Shown piece by piece: positions 9,240-18,417 of a DNA stretch of 50,682 nucleotides; position 1 is the first letter of the stretch, and every line of letters begins with the position of its first letter. Source of the DNA: an uncultured Nitrospiraceae bacterium. GTDB taxonomy: Bacteria; Pseudomonadota; Gammaproteobacteria; Acidiferrobacterales; SPGG2. Below the pieces are notes generated by a model. It saw only the letters and a list, made by a program, of their open reading frames with translations, searched no databases and was not told the origin of the DNA. The stretch is from NCBI GenBank assembly GCA_964347935.1, contig CAYGAS010000078.1, positions 1 to 50,682 on the forward strand, given 5' to 3'. Made by a program: the position numbers and the translations under genes.

Positions 9240-10439
9240 ATGGACTTTGGCTTGAGCCCCGAAATTGAAGCCTATCGCCGACGGGTACGCGAGTTCGTCG
9301 AGACACACCTCATCCCGCTCGAATCGCAGCGCGATGTCTACGATGAGGGCGACAATATCAGTGAGTCTCACCTCAGCGCCTTGCGCACAAAGGCGCGCGC
9401 TGCAGGCCTGTGGTGCTTCCAGATGCCAAAGGAACGCGGTGGCCTGGCGCTGGGGGTTGTCGGCATGGCGGCGTGTTACGAAGAAATGAACCGGTCCATT
9501 TTCGGGCCGGCGGTATTCAACTGCGCAGCCCCGGACGACGGCAACATGATGCTGCTGGAAAAGGTCGGCACTGAGGCACAGAAGGATCGCTGGCTGCAGC
9601 CTATCATCGAGGGTCGCGTGCGCTCGTCATTTGTGATGACCGAGCCTCATCCAGGCTCAGGCTCCGATCCGGCGGCGATGATGCGCACCACGGCCACACG
9701 CAAAGGAAAGAAATGGATCATCAAGGGGCGCAAGTGGTTCATTACCGGTGCCGGCGTGGCGGCGCACTTTATCTTGATCGCGCGTACGTCGGACGACCCG
9801 CGCAAGGGCCTGAGCGCATTTCTCTACCACCGCGACGACCCGGGCTGGCGGATCGTGCGACGCATTCCGATCCTCGGACCGGAGGAGCACGGCGGCCATT
9901 GCGAGCTCGAATTCGACGGGCTCGAGATAGCCGACGAGAACCGGCTGCTCGAGGTCGGCGATGGCCTCAAGGTCACGCAGATTCGCCTAGGTACCGCGCG
10001 GCTCACGCACTGTATGCGCTGGCTGGGCATGGCCAAACGCGCGCTCGAGATCGCTTCCACCTACGTACGCGAGCGCGAGGCCTTCGGCAGCAAGTTGGCC
10101 GAACACGAAGGTGTGCAATGGATGTTGGGTGAAGCCGCCATGGAGGTGCAGACGGGTCGCTTGCTGACGATGCACGCGGCGTGGAAACTGGATCAGGGTG
10201 ACTTCGCACGCAAGGAAGTCTCGATGGCCAAAATTGTCGTGGCCAATGTCCTGCACAAGGCGATAGACACCGCGATCCAGCTCTGCGGGGCGCGGGGCTA
10301 TTCGAGAGATACGGTACTCGAGTGGATGTACCGTTATGCTCGCCAGGCACGGCTGGTCGACGGCGCCTCGGAGGTGCACAAGATGGTGCTGTCGCGCAAT
10401 CTGCTGGCGCAAGGGCTGGATTTCTGGTCGTGGCCGTAA
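9240..10439 (+). CDS. Acyl-CoA dehydrogenase
   Basis: 399 aa with acyl-CoA dehydrogenase (ACAD)-type domain order. Blocks include FVMTEPHPGSGSDP, AKIVVANVLHKAIDTAIQLCGARGY and GASEVHKMVLSR. It starts 11 nt after the SDR stop. Confidence 0.9.
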   Translation: MDFGLSPEIEAYRRRVREFVETHLIPLESQRDVYDEGDNISESHLSALRTKARAAGLWCFQMPKERGGLALGVVGMAACYEEMNRSIFGPAVFNCAAPDDGNMMLLEKVGTEAQKDRWLQPIIEGRVRSSFVMTEPHPGSGSDPAAMMRTTATRKGKKWIIKGRKWFITGAGVAAHFILIARTSDDPRKGLSAFLYHRDDPGWRIVRRIPILGPEEHGGHCELEFDGLEIADENRLLEVGDGLKVTQIRLGTARLTHCMRWLGMAKRALEIASTYVREREAFGSKLAEHEGVQWMLGEAAMEVQTGRLLTMHAAWKLDQGDFARKEVSMAKIVVANVLHKAIDTAIQLCGARGYSRDTVLEWMYRYARQARLVDGASEVHKMVLSRNLLAQGLDFWSWP

Positions 10440-10507
10440 ACGACGGCTTAGCGCCGGGCTCGCACGGCTCACCGCCGGTTGCGTAGGGGTGTGCGCGGGT
10501 AGGGGCA

Positions 10508-12142
10508 ATGACAGGCGACAAGTACGATAAAGACCTCGACAAGACAGCGGCAAACTTCATGCCGTTGACACCGCTTGGCTTTCTGGCGCGCTCGGCTGCG
10601 GTCTACCCCGAGAAAACCGCGGTCATCCACGGCGATTTACGGTTCGATTACATGGGCTTCTATGGCCGCTGTCGCCGCCTGGCCTCTGCGCTCGAGAGGC
10701 GCGGCATCGGCCTTGGCGACACCGTCGCGGTCATGGCACCGAACGTGCCGGCGCTGCTCGAGGCGCACTATGGCGTAGCGATGTGCGGGGCCGTGCTGAA
10801 CGCCATTAACATTCGCCAAGACGCTGCCACCGTCGCGGTCATTCTCGAACATGGCGAAGCGAAGCTGCTCATCGCCGACCGCATCTTTGCCGATGTCATC
10901 AATGAGGCGCTCTCACGGTTGCAGCAGCCGCCGGCGGTAATCGACATTGATGATCCGCTTGAGAGGCGCGCCACAGCCCTCGGCGAAAAGGACTACGAGG
11001 CCTTTCTGCAAGAAGGCGACCCCGATTACGACTGGGCTTGGCCCGCGGACGAGTGGCGGGCGATCGCGCTTAATTACACATCCGGCACCACGGGCAACCC
11101 GAAGGGCGTGGTCTACCACCACCGCGGTGCGTACTTGAACGCGCTAGGCAACGCCCTGGCGCTTGGGCTTCGAGACGACTCCGTGTACCTGTGGACATTG
11201 CCGATGTTTCACTGTAACGGTTGGACCTACACTTGGGCGGTGACGGCGATGGGGGGCACTCACGTATGTCTGCGCAAGGTCGACCCACCGCTGATTTTCG
11301 AGTTGATCGAACGCCACGGCGTGACACACATGTGCGGCGCGCCGATCGTATTGAATACCCTCATCCACGCACCGCAATCGGCAAAACGGCGATTCACCCA
11401 GACCGTGCAGGTGGCGACCGGCGGTGCCGCACCACCGAGCGCGGTGATCGAGAAAATGGAAGCCATGGGTTTCCATGTCATTCATCTCTATGGGCTCACG
11501 GAAAGCTTTGGCCCTGCCACCGTCTGTGCCTGGCAGACGTCGTGGAATACACTCGCGAAGCCCCAGCAGGTGGCCATGGTGGCGCGCCAGGGCGTCCGCT
11601 ATCACACGCTCGATCAAGCGCGTGTGCTCGATCCGACAACGCTGGCAGAGGTCCCGGCCGACGGCAAAACGGTCGGTGAGCTGATGCTACGCGGCAACAC
11701 CGTCATGAAAGGCTATCTGAAAAATCGCGATGCTACCGACGAAGCGCTGGCCGACGGCTGGTTTCGCACGGGCGACCTGGCGGTGATGCACGCCGATGGC
11801 TACATGGAGATCAAGGACCGTGCCAAAGACATCATTATCTCCGGCGGCGAGAACGTATCGAGCCTCGAGGTCGAGGAGGTGCTTTACAGGCATCCAGCCG
11901 TACTGGAAGCTGCGGTCGTTTCCCGCCCCGACCAGAAATGGGGTGAAAGACCGTGCGCATTTGTCACGCTCAAACCCGATGCGGATAGTCTTGACGAGGA
12001 AGATATCATCAACTTCTGTCGCGAGCGCATGGCCCATTTCAAGGCGCCCAGCACGGTCGTCTTCTGCGAGTTGCCGAAAACCGCTACCGGCAAGATACAA
12101 AAAACGCTGCTGCGCGAGCGTGCACGTGCCCTGACAGACTAG
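10508..12142 (+). CDS. Medium-chain-type acyl-CoA synthetase (AMP-binding)
   Basis: 544 aa with YTSGTTGNPKGVVYHHRG, YGLTE, GWFRTGDLA and a C-terminal TATGKIQK. It is a close paralog of 35209..36867. Confidence 0.9.
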   Translation: MTGDKYDKDLDKTAANFMPLTPLGFLARSAAVYPEKTAVIHGDLRFDYMGFYGRCRRLASALERRGIGLGDTVAVMAPNVPALLEAHYGVAMCGAVLNAINIRQDAATVAVILEHGEAKLLIADRIFADVINEALSRLQQPPAVIDIDDPLERRATALGEKDYEAFLQEGDPDYDWAWPADEWRAIALNYTSGTTGNPKGVVYHHRGAYLNALGNALALGLRDDSVYLWTLPMFHCNGWTYTWAVTAMGGTHVCLRKVDPPLIFELIERHGVTHMCGAPIVLNTLIHAPQSAKRRFTQTVQVATGGAAPPSAVIEKMEAMGFHVIHLYGLTESFGPATVCAWQTSWNTLAKPQQVAMVARQGVRYHTLDQARVLDPTTLAEVPADGKTVGELMLRGNTVMKGYLKNRDATDEALADGWFRTGDLAVMHADGYMEIKDRAKDIIISGGENVSSLEVEEVLYRHPAVLEAAVVSRPDQKWGERPCAFVTLKPDADSLDEEDIINFCRERMAHFKAPSTVVFCELPKTATGKIQKTLLRERARALTD

Positions 12143-12868
12143 ATGCGGTCGCTGCACGTACTGACCCGCAAGGAGGATCTGGACCCGAGGCAGATCGCCG
12201 ACAAAATCGTAATCGTGCTCGATGTGTTATTTGCGACCTCGACCATCGTCACGGCACTTGAGCACGGCGCGCGCGAGGTGATACCGGCCGTCGACGAAGC
12301 CGCCGCCCGGGCACAAGCCCGGCAGTACCCGCCTGGCAGCACTGTGCTGGCCGGCGAGCACCATGCGAATCGGATCGCCGGATTCGCCCCCTATGCGCCG
12401 CTAGCGCTCGCCGATTCCGGCCTCGAAGGCAAGCATCTAATCTACACGACCACTAACGGTACGGTTGCCTTGCGACAGGCCGAGAACGCACGCCACGTCT
12501 ACGTGGCTGCCCTGCTGAATGCCGAGGCCGTGGCCGCGCGCGTGCGAGACCACCACGGCGACGACAGCGTGCTGATCCTTTGCGCAGGCTCGATCGGCAT
12601 GTTGAATCTGGAGGATTTTTACGCCGCCGGCGCGCTTACCGAGCGCCTGCTTTCGACAGCGCCGAGCGGGTGCCTGGTGTCGGATGCGGCCATCGCCGCT
12701 CAAGGGCTCTATCGCCACTACGGCGTCGAGGGCGCACAAAGCTGCCTGCTGCGCTCGCGTGTGGGCAGGATGATGATGGAGCGCGGCCTGATCCATGAAG
12801 TACGCTTCGCGGCCGAGCTCGACCGCTATGCGCGCGTGCCGGCGCTGTGCGAAGGACACATCCGTTAA
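12143..12868 (+). CDS. 2-phosphosulfolactate phosphatase (ComB) family protein
   Basis: 241 aa. The N-terminal pattern IVIVLDVLFATSTIVTALEHGAREVIP and the length are typical of the ComB family. The ATG directly abuts the ligase stop (TAGATG). Confidence 0.7.
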   Translation: MRSLHVLTRKEDLDPRQIADKIVIVLDVLFATSTIVTALEHGAREVIPAVDEAAARAQARQYPPGSTVLAGEHHANRIAGFAPYAPLALADSGLEGKHLIYTTTNGTVALRQAENARHVYVAALLNAEAVAARVRDHHGDDSVLILCAGSIGMLNLEDFYAAGALTERLLSTAPSGCLVSDAAIAAQGLYRHYGVEGAQSCLLRSRVGRMMMERGLIHEVRFAAELDRYARVPALCEGHIR

Positions 12869-12871
12869 TTC

Positions 12872-13657
12872 ATGCCCCACTTAGTTGCGGCAAACCAGCG
12901 CCTCGAGTATGCGTGGATTGGCCCAGGTCCGGCACAGGCGCCGACCCTGATCTTCCTGCACGAAGGGCTCGGCTGTGCCGGCATGTGGAAGGATTTCCCT
13001 TTGTGGGTGGCCGAGCGTACTGGCTGCGGCGCCTTGATCTACAGCCGCAGCGGCTACGGCGACTCGGCCCCCTTAGATCGGCCTCGCACAGCACGGTATC
13101 TGCACGACGAAGCGCTGACAGTGTTGCCGCAGGTGCTGGAAGCGATGAACATCCGGCACGCTATTTTCATCGGCCACAGCGATGGCGCATCCATCGCCCT
13201 GATCTACGCCGCCGCGGGCGGGGCTCAAGCGACGCTTGGGCTCGTGCTTGAGGCGCCGCATGTGTTCGTCGAAGACATTACCCTCGCCGGCATCGAGCGC
13301 ACTGGAGAGCTTTACCGCACGACCGACCTCGCGCAAAAGCTCTCGCGCTATCACGGCGACCAGACAAATGCCGTTTTCTGGAGCTGGTACGACACGTGGC
13401 TGAGCCCCGAGTTTCGCCACTGGAATATCGAGGAATACTGTCCACGCATCGCGTGCCCGTTACTCTTGATCCAGGGCGAGGACGACGAATACGGCACTAA
13501 AAGACAGGTCGACGCCATCCTCTCGCGAGTCGTAACACCGGCGCAGGCCGTGATGCTACCGGAGTGCGGTCACGTGCCTCATCGCGAACAGCCGCAAGCG
13601 ACGCTCGAGGCCATAACGCGGTTCGTGCAAGGGATCGTCAGCACAACGTCGGGATGA
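12872..13657 (+). CDS. Alpha/beta-fold hydrolase
   Basis: 261 aa with oxyanion region FLHEGLG, nucleophile elbow GHSDGAS, and C-terminal ECGHVPHRE. Confidence 0.85.
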   Translation: MPHLVAANQRLEYAWIGPGPAQAPTLIFLHEGLGCAGMWKDFPLWVAERTGCGALIYSRSGYGDSAPLDRPRTARYLHDEALTVLPQVLEAMNIRHAIFIGHSDGASIALIYAAAGGAQATLGLVLEAPHVFVEDITLAGIERTGELYRTTDLAQKLSRYHGDQTNAVFWSWYDTWLSPEFRHWNIEEYCPRIACPLLLIQGEDDEYGTKRQVDAILSRVVTPAQAVMLPECGHVPHREQPQATLEAITRFVQGIVSTTSG

Positions 13658-13673
13658 AGCCCCAACGCGACCA

Positions 13674-14132
13674 CTAAAGTTGTTTTTGCATGTACACGCG
13701 CAGATATCCGCGTTCGCTGCGGCGCTCGGTCTCAACATAGCCGAGGTGCTCATACATGGCGATATCCTCGGTCATACACTCATGGGTGTAGAGATCAAGC
13801 TGTGCGAAGCCCTGGCGCCGTGCTTCGTTCTCGGCACATTCAATTAACCGTCGTCCGTGGCCCTGTCCCTGGTAGGCCGGGTCCACAGCCACGTTGTCGA
13901 GCAGAATACCCCGCCCTTTGCGGATCAACACGACCACGCCGATCACCGAACGGTCATATTCGAGCACGAATACATCATGCTGCAAAATGACTTGCGTGTA
14001 GTCGTCGAGCATGGGTCCGGGGGGTCTGCCCATGCGCTGTATGTAATGTCGATATGCCGCCGCAACACATGCGGCGATCTGCGCGGCATCTTCGCTGCGC
14101 GCCGGACGGACGATTGGCTCTTCTGCGCTCAC
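13674..14132 (-). CDS. GNAT family N-acetyltransferase
   Basis: Acetyl-CoA binding motif AYQGQGHGRRLIE. The track ORF extends to 14234, but that extension overlaps the upstream small ORF. In-frame GTG 14132..14130 (VSAEEPIVRPARSED...) gives a normal GNAT length. Confidence 0.8.
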   Translation of the reverse strand: MSAEEPIVRPARSEDAAQIAACVAAAYRHYIQRMGRPPGPMLDDYTQVILQHDVFVLEYDRSVIGVVVLIRKGRGILLDNVAVDPAYQGQGHGRRLIECAENEARRQGFAQLDLYTHECMTEDIAMYEHLGYVETERRSERGYLRVYMQKQL

Positions 14133-14157
14133 GAGGCCGTCATCGACGGAGCGCGCG

Positions 14158-14388
14158 CTAGCGACGCTTGGACCTGCGGCGAGGTATTTTTTCTTTCCGC
14201 TCCATCCACTGCTTGTGCTGGCGCCACGTGCCACCGTGCGGGTGCCTGGCGGTTACTTCCATGACCTCATGGTGCTCACGGGCACTCTGGTTCAGCAGAT
14301 CATCGAACGACTGTCCGCGCGTCTTGAACCAGAAAAGACAGAGCAGCGCTGCCAGCAGTAGGTAAAGGATCCAGCCGAACTCGAACAT
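14158..14388 (-). CDS. Small (76 aa) membrane protein, unknown function
   Basis: One N-terminal hydrophobic helix (FGWILYLLLAALLCLFWF) and a highly basic C-terminus. It sits in-line between two GNAT genes. No family recognised. Confidence 0.4.
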   Translation of the reverse strand: MFEFGWILYLLLAALLCLFWFKTRGQSFDDLLNQSAREHHEVMEVTARHPHGGTWRQHKQWMERKEKIPRRRSKRR

Positions 14389-14430
14389 GGTGTCTTATTC
14401 CCGGTACTTGTGAGCGAAGCGAGATAGGTT

Positions 14431-14913
14431 TTACTCGGAACGTAGCCAATATCTCACGCGGAGGTCACGATTCATACGCATCGCCGCCTCCCGGCCAGCG
14501 TAGTAACGCGGGATGCGCGCAAGCTCCGTATAACCCAGTTTACGATAGAAAGCGCGCGCGTCGGCGTTGCTGAGTCGTACCTCGAGACTAATGACAAAGG
14601 TCCCAGCGACGCGCGCACACTGTTCTAACCACTCGACAAGCCGGCGGCCAATGCCTGAGCGCTGGTAGCGCACATCGACCGCCAGCAGGTTCAAGTGCGC
14701 GCTTTCCTCGAGGAAGCGCATGATTGCAAAGCCGATCAGGCTTTGCCGGTCCCACGCGGTCACGACGACCGTATCGTGGCAGCGAATCTGTTGCATTACG
14801 CGAGCGGCATCCCATGACCACGGCAGGCCATGCTCGATAAGGTCGCGCGACATCAATCCAATGCGTTTGGCATCACTCGACTTAGCGAGTTTTAGCTCGA
14901 TTTCTCTAATCAT
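14431..14913 (-). CDS. GNAT acetyltransferase, RimI-like
   Basis: 160 aa with RYQRSGIGRRLVEWL and a C-terminal GYTELARIPRYYAGREAAMRM resembling RimI. The ATG overlaps the stop of the upstream gene (TGATG). Confidence 0.85.
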   Translation of the reverse strand: MIREIELKLAKSSDAKRIGLMSRDLIEHGLPWSWDAARVMQQIRCHDTVVVTAWDRQSLIGFAIMRFLEESAHLNLLAVDVRYQRSGIGRRLVEWLEQCARVAGTFVISLEVRLSNADARAFYRKLGYTELARIPRYYAGREAAMRMNRDLRVRYWLRSE

Positions 14914-15497
14914 CAGTCAACCGGGAGCTCAGCGGCCCTCGCGCACGCGGGGCTTAATTTGTGCGCTCTCGATGGGCGTCGATCATCATAGCGCATCACT
15001 GCGATCGCGCCACGTTCGCGTGCATCCAGACCAAGGCGCTGACAGAAGCTGCGCCGCGAAGGTTTGCGAGCGAATCGGAACAAGTGAGCGCGACACCGAC
15101 AACCGGAGGCGCCAAAGCCCTCGAGCGGCTGCGATGCGCCCGCAAGCTTACCGAACGCGCTGGCCCACTCATGTTCGCGCGGGCGTGGGTCGTGCGTGTA
15201 CCACGCCTCTTCCAGCTGCGCAAAACGGCGAAGATAGTCAATATGCCAATGTGGCGCCTGCGCGATGCGCGCATGGTGAGCGAGGCGCGCACGCACACCG
15301 CCGGAGCCGAAGGCGCTGCCGACATAGACGTAGAACCCAGGCGTCATCGACAAGTGGCCGATCTGGCCGATGCGGATGACCTGCTGGCTCACGGCACGCA
15401 GAATCAGCGCATAGCTGCCGGGATGCGCGCTCATATGGCAGACCGCTTTCGTCCACACAAGCACTGCCCCGCTGTGTTTCATATAAGCGAACCGCAC
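14913..15497 (-). CDS. DUF123 / GIY-YIG-like domain protein
   Basis: Motifs GFYVYVGSAFGSGGVRARLAHH and HWHIDYL are characteristic of the DUF123 (Uri-superfamily) family. The start is uncertain; internal Met at 15434 (MSAHPGSYALIL) is also plausible. Confidence 0.7.
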   Translation of the reverse strand: MRFAYMKHSGAVLVWTKAVCHMSAHPGSYALILRAVSQQVIRIGQIGHLSMTPGFYVYVGSAFGSGGVRARLAHHARIAQAPHWHIDYLRRFAQLEEAWYTHDPRPREHEWASAFGKLAGASQPLEGFGASGCRCRAHLFRFARKPSRRSFCQRLGLDARERGAIAVMRYDDRRPSRAHKLSPACARAAELPVD

Positions 15498-15499
15498 GG

Positions 15500-15928
15500 C
15501 TATCCTGAGATGTAATGCTCGAGCTGCTGGATGATGAATTGCTGCTCAGCGATGATGGCCTTGACGAGATCGCCGATCGAGACAAGACCGATCAATTCGT
15601 CGTTTTCAACGACTGGTAGGTGGCGAACACGCTTTTCGGTCATGAGGGCCATGCAATCTTCGACACTTTGGCCCAAGCGCGCACAGAGGATGGGCGTCGT
15701 CATGATCTGGCTGACGAGCGTTTGCTGGGAGCTTTTCCCCTTGAGGACCACCTTGCGTGCGTAATCGCGCTCGGTGATCATGCCGACCGGCTTTGCATCC
15801 TTGACAACGACCAGCGCGCCAATTCCTTTGTCGGCCATCAGTTTAACGGCGTCGTAGACTGACAGATCCGGGTCGATCGTCCATACATCGCGTCCTTTTT
15901 CATCGAGCAGCTGCTTCACTGTTTTCAC
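15500..15928 (-). CDS. CBS domain pair protein
   Basis: 142 aa with two CBS repeats (GALVVV...ITERD and HLPVVEN..LIGLVSIGD). GTG start with AGGAGG 7 nt upstream. Confidence 0.9.
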   Translation of the reverse strand: MKTVKQLLDEKGRDVWTIDPDLSVYDAVKLMADKGIGALVVVKDAKPVGMITERDYARKVVLKGKSSQQTLVSQIMTTPILCARLGQSVEDCMALMTEKRVRHLPVVENDELIGLVSIGDLVKAIIAEQQFIIQQLEHYISG

Positions 15929-16447
15929 GGGTCGACCTCCTATCGCGAGGGGCGGCGTTACCCGGACATACTACTCCCCGACAGCGGTGCCGGGAACCAC
16001 CGCCCACACAGGCCGCCGAAAGTCAGCTCGCCATATCGCGCCTGGCAAAAGTGGCGCGCACTTGCTCGACGCGGCGGCCGTTTAGCCCAAGGTCGGCGTG
16101 GCCCAAGCGCGAAGCCGGGGCAAGCGCGACGACGCCTGTGTACGCATGCAGCAGCGATTTCAGATCACTGATCAAGCCGAAAGGCGTGCCGCGACATGCC
16201 GCATGGAGATTCCCCTGCGCTGACACGGCGCGTACCGCGCTGCGCTCGCACGGCTACGCATAGTGCAGGCCACGGTTTTTGTGCGTAACCGATCAACTTC
16301 AAGGGGTCGATGTGGTCAACATCGCCGCGAGCTTTACCCGAACCGCAGTCGGGCGAAGCGCGCACGGCGCCAGCTGTGCTGTGGAAATCCCGAGATGGGG
16401 CGCAGTTTTTTCAGCGAAGGACCGCCTCCACGCCACGCCATTCTTAA

Positions 16448-17620
16448 CTATTGATCCACGACTGAGCCGTCACGATGCAACCGCGTCTTCAGAGGCCGCG
16501 GCCGGAACGGGAAGCGTTTCTCTGCGTCCTTGGCAAGCTCCACACCGATCCCCGGCACATCGGGTATGACAATGAATCCGTCTTCAACCCTGAGCGCGGT
16601 CTCGACCAGACCGGCGGCGACCGCCTCACCGCCCATGGGAATATGCGCCGCGCGTGCCGCACCTTCCATGAGTGGGTATTCCTGCAGCGCAAAGTTGGGA
16701 ATACACGCAGCCAACTGCACACACGCCGCCGTGCTCACCGGGCTCAAAGGATTGTGCGGGACCACATGCACATAGCGTGCCTCCGCTAAGGCGGCGATTT
16801 TCTTGGCATGCGTGATGCCGCCACACATGCAGACATCGGGCCGTATGTACTGCACCGCGCCCCGAGCGAGCAGCATCTCGAACTCTTGGATCGTGTGCAG
16901 ACGCTCGCCGGTGGCGATGGGAACATGGATCTTGGCGGCAATCTCCGCCATGGCATCCAGGTTGTCGGGCAAGGTGGGGTCTTCGAGAAAAAACGGCCGG
17001 TAAGGTTCGAGTTCGCGACCGAGCACGACGGCCTGCGCTGGCGTCAAGCGACGATGGATCTCGATACACAAGTCGACCTCCGGCCCCACCGCTTCGCGGC
17101 ATTGCCGAATGCGGTCGACCGCAGTATCGATCATCACCGCGTGACTTTGATAGTACGGTCTGTCCCGCGGCTCATCGAGGAACGGTGAGAGGTGGCCGAT
17201 CGCCGTGAAACCTTGCGCCTTCGCATCTTCGCATGCCCGCACCAACCCCTCTGTCGTCTCGGCAAATACATGGTAATACGCGCGCGCGCGATCGCGGCAC
17301 TTGCCGCCAAGCAGTTGGTAGGTCGGGACGCCAAAATGCTTACCGGCAATATCCCACAGCGCAATGTCGATCGCGCTTAGCGCACCCATGATGGCCGCAC
17401 CGCGAAAGTGCGTCCAGCGATACAAATATTGCCAGTGGTGCTCGATACGCAGCGGATCCTGGCCGATCAGATAGCGTTTGAAGCTTTCTACCGCCGCCGC
17501 TGAAGCCTCGAGGTAGGCCCAAGTCCCCGATTCGCCGAGCCCCGTCAGCCCCTCGTCGGTAATCACCTCGACAAAAAGGAAACGATCGAGCAACAACGGT
17601 TTGACATCGATGATCTTCAT
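16448..17620 (-). CDS. Enolase-superfamily enzyme (mandelate racemase/muconate lactonizing family; acid-sugar dehydratase-like)
   Basis: 390 aa. The N-terminus MKIIDVKPLLLDRFLFVEVITDEGLTGLGE and the barrel-domain layout are typical of galactonate/mannonate dehydratase-like members. Confidence 0.88.
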   Translation of the reverse strand: MKIIDVKPLLLDRFLFVEVITDEGLTGLGESGTWAYLEASAAAVESFKRYLIGQDPLRIEHHWQYLYRWTHFRGAAIMGALSAIDIALWDIAGKHFGVPTYQLLGGKCRDRARAYYHVFAETTEGLVRACEDAKAQGFTAIGHLSPFLDEPRDRPYYQSHAVMIDTAVDRIRQCREAVGPEVDLCIEIHRRLTPAQAVVLGRELEPYRPFFLEDPTLPDNLDAMAEIAAKIHVPIATGERLHTIQEFEMLLARGAVQYIRPDVCMCGGITHAKKIAALAEARYVHVVPHNPLSPVSTAACVQLAACIPNFALQEYPLMEGAARAAHIPMGGEAVAAGLVETALRVEDGFIVIPDVPGIGVELAKDAEKRFPFRPRPLKTRLHRDGSVVDQ

Positions 17621-17694
17621 TCAAACACCTTTGCGCTTTGCTTTACTTTAATAGAAACCACGAACAGGGCCCGGATCGGCTTCGTCCCCACACC

Positions 17695-18006
17695 TTAATC
17701 TTTGACGATCTGCCCGGACAGATTGTCGACGACGACCGGACTGCTGAAGTAGGTCACCACCGGATCGGCATGGTACTTTTCGCGAATGAATCTCTTCCAT
17801 TCATCCGTATAGAGTTGGTCGGCATCTTGCCGGGATGCCCAGAGATAAACGCCGCCTGCAGTGCCACCGTCTTCGGAAAGCAGATAATATTTTCGAATCA
17901 GCCCCTTTACCTCGCGGTACTTCGAGGCCGTGCCGGAGAATATCTCCTTCGCCTGGGTTGTCGTCACGGCTGCCGGCAGCTTGAATTGCACAATGGCGGT
18001 GATCAT
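17695..18006 (-). CDS. YdhR-like putative monooxygenase (dimeric alpha-beta barrel)
   Basis: 103 aa. MITAIVQFKLP...GLIRKYYLLSEDGGTAGGVYLW resembles the YdhR family. Confidence 0.65.
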   Translation of the reverse strand: MITAIVQFKLPAAVTTTQAKEIFSGTASKYREVKGLIRKYYLLSEDGGTAGGVYLWASRQDADQLYTDEWKRFIREKYHADPVVTYFSSPVVVDNLSGQIVKD

Positions 18007-18053
18007 GGTCGCTCCTCCAGGGCTCTATAGCCGGTCATTGATGGCGATCGACC

Positions 18054-18386
18054 TTAGGTCTGCGGGCGAGCGACAAACAGCACCACCACCCCAAAGACTG
18101 CGGTCATCAACACTATCCACGCGAGCCCAATCCCCGCGATCAAAAACAAAGAACGGGTGTACGCTTCCGCTATCAGTGCAATATCTGTCATCTCCTCGAT
18201 GGCCACAAGCGCGAAAAATAGGGAGACATAGGCCACGATCGGCGATGCCGAGTAGAAGAAAAACTGCATGACCGCCCGGCTCTTCGACAGGAGCCCACGA
18301 CGCACCCGTCGAACCAGCCAGATCAGCACACCAAACGTGACGAGTATGATGAACCAGAACGCGGAAGACACCAGTATGTCGGACAT
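18054..18386 (-). CDS. Small integral membrane protein (about 110 aa, 3-4 TM helices)
   Basis: The track ORF (to 18551) overlaps the DapA-like gene with an Arg-rich extension. Internal ATG 18386 gives MSDILVSSAFWFIILVTFGVLIWLV..., which is strongly hydrophobic. Confidence 0.55.
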   Translation of the reverse strand: MSDILVSSAFWFIILVTFGVLIWLVRRVRRGLLSKSRAVMQFFFYSASPIVAYVSLFFALVAIEEMTDIALIAEAYTRSLFLIAGIGLAWIVLMTAVFGVVVLFVARPQT

Positions 18387-18417
18387 GTTATCGGTGACCC
18401 TTTGTACAGGCCGGTGT

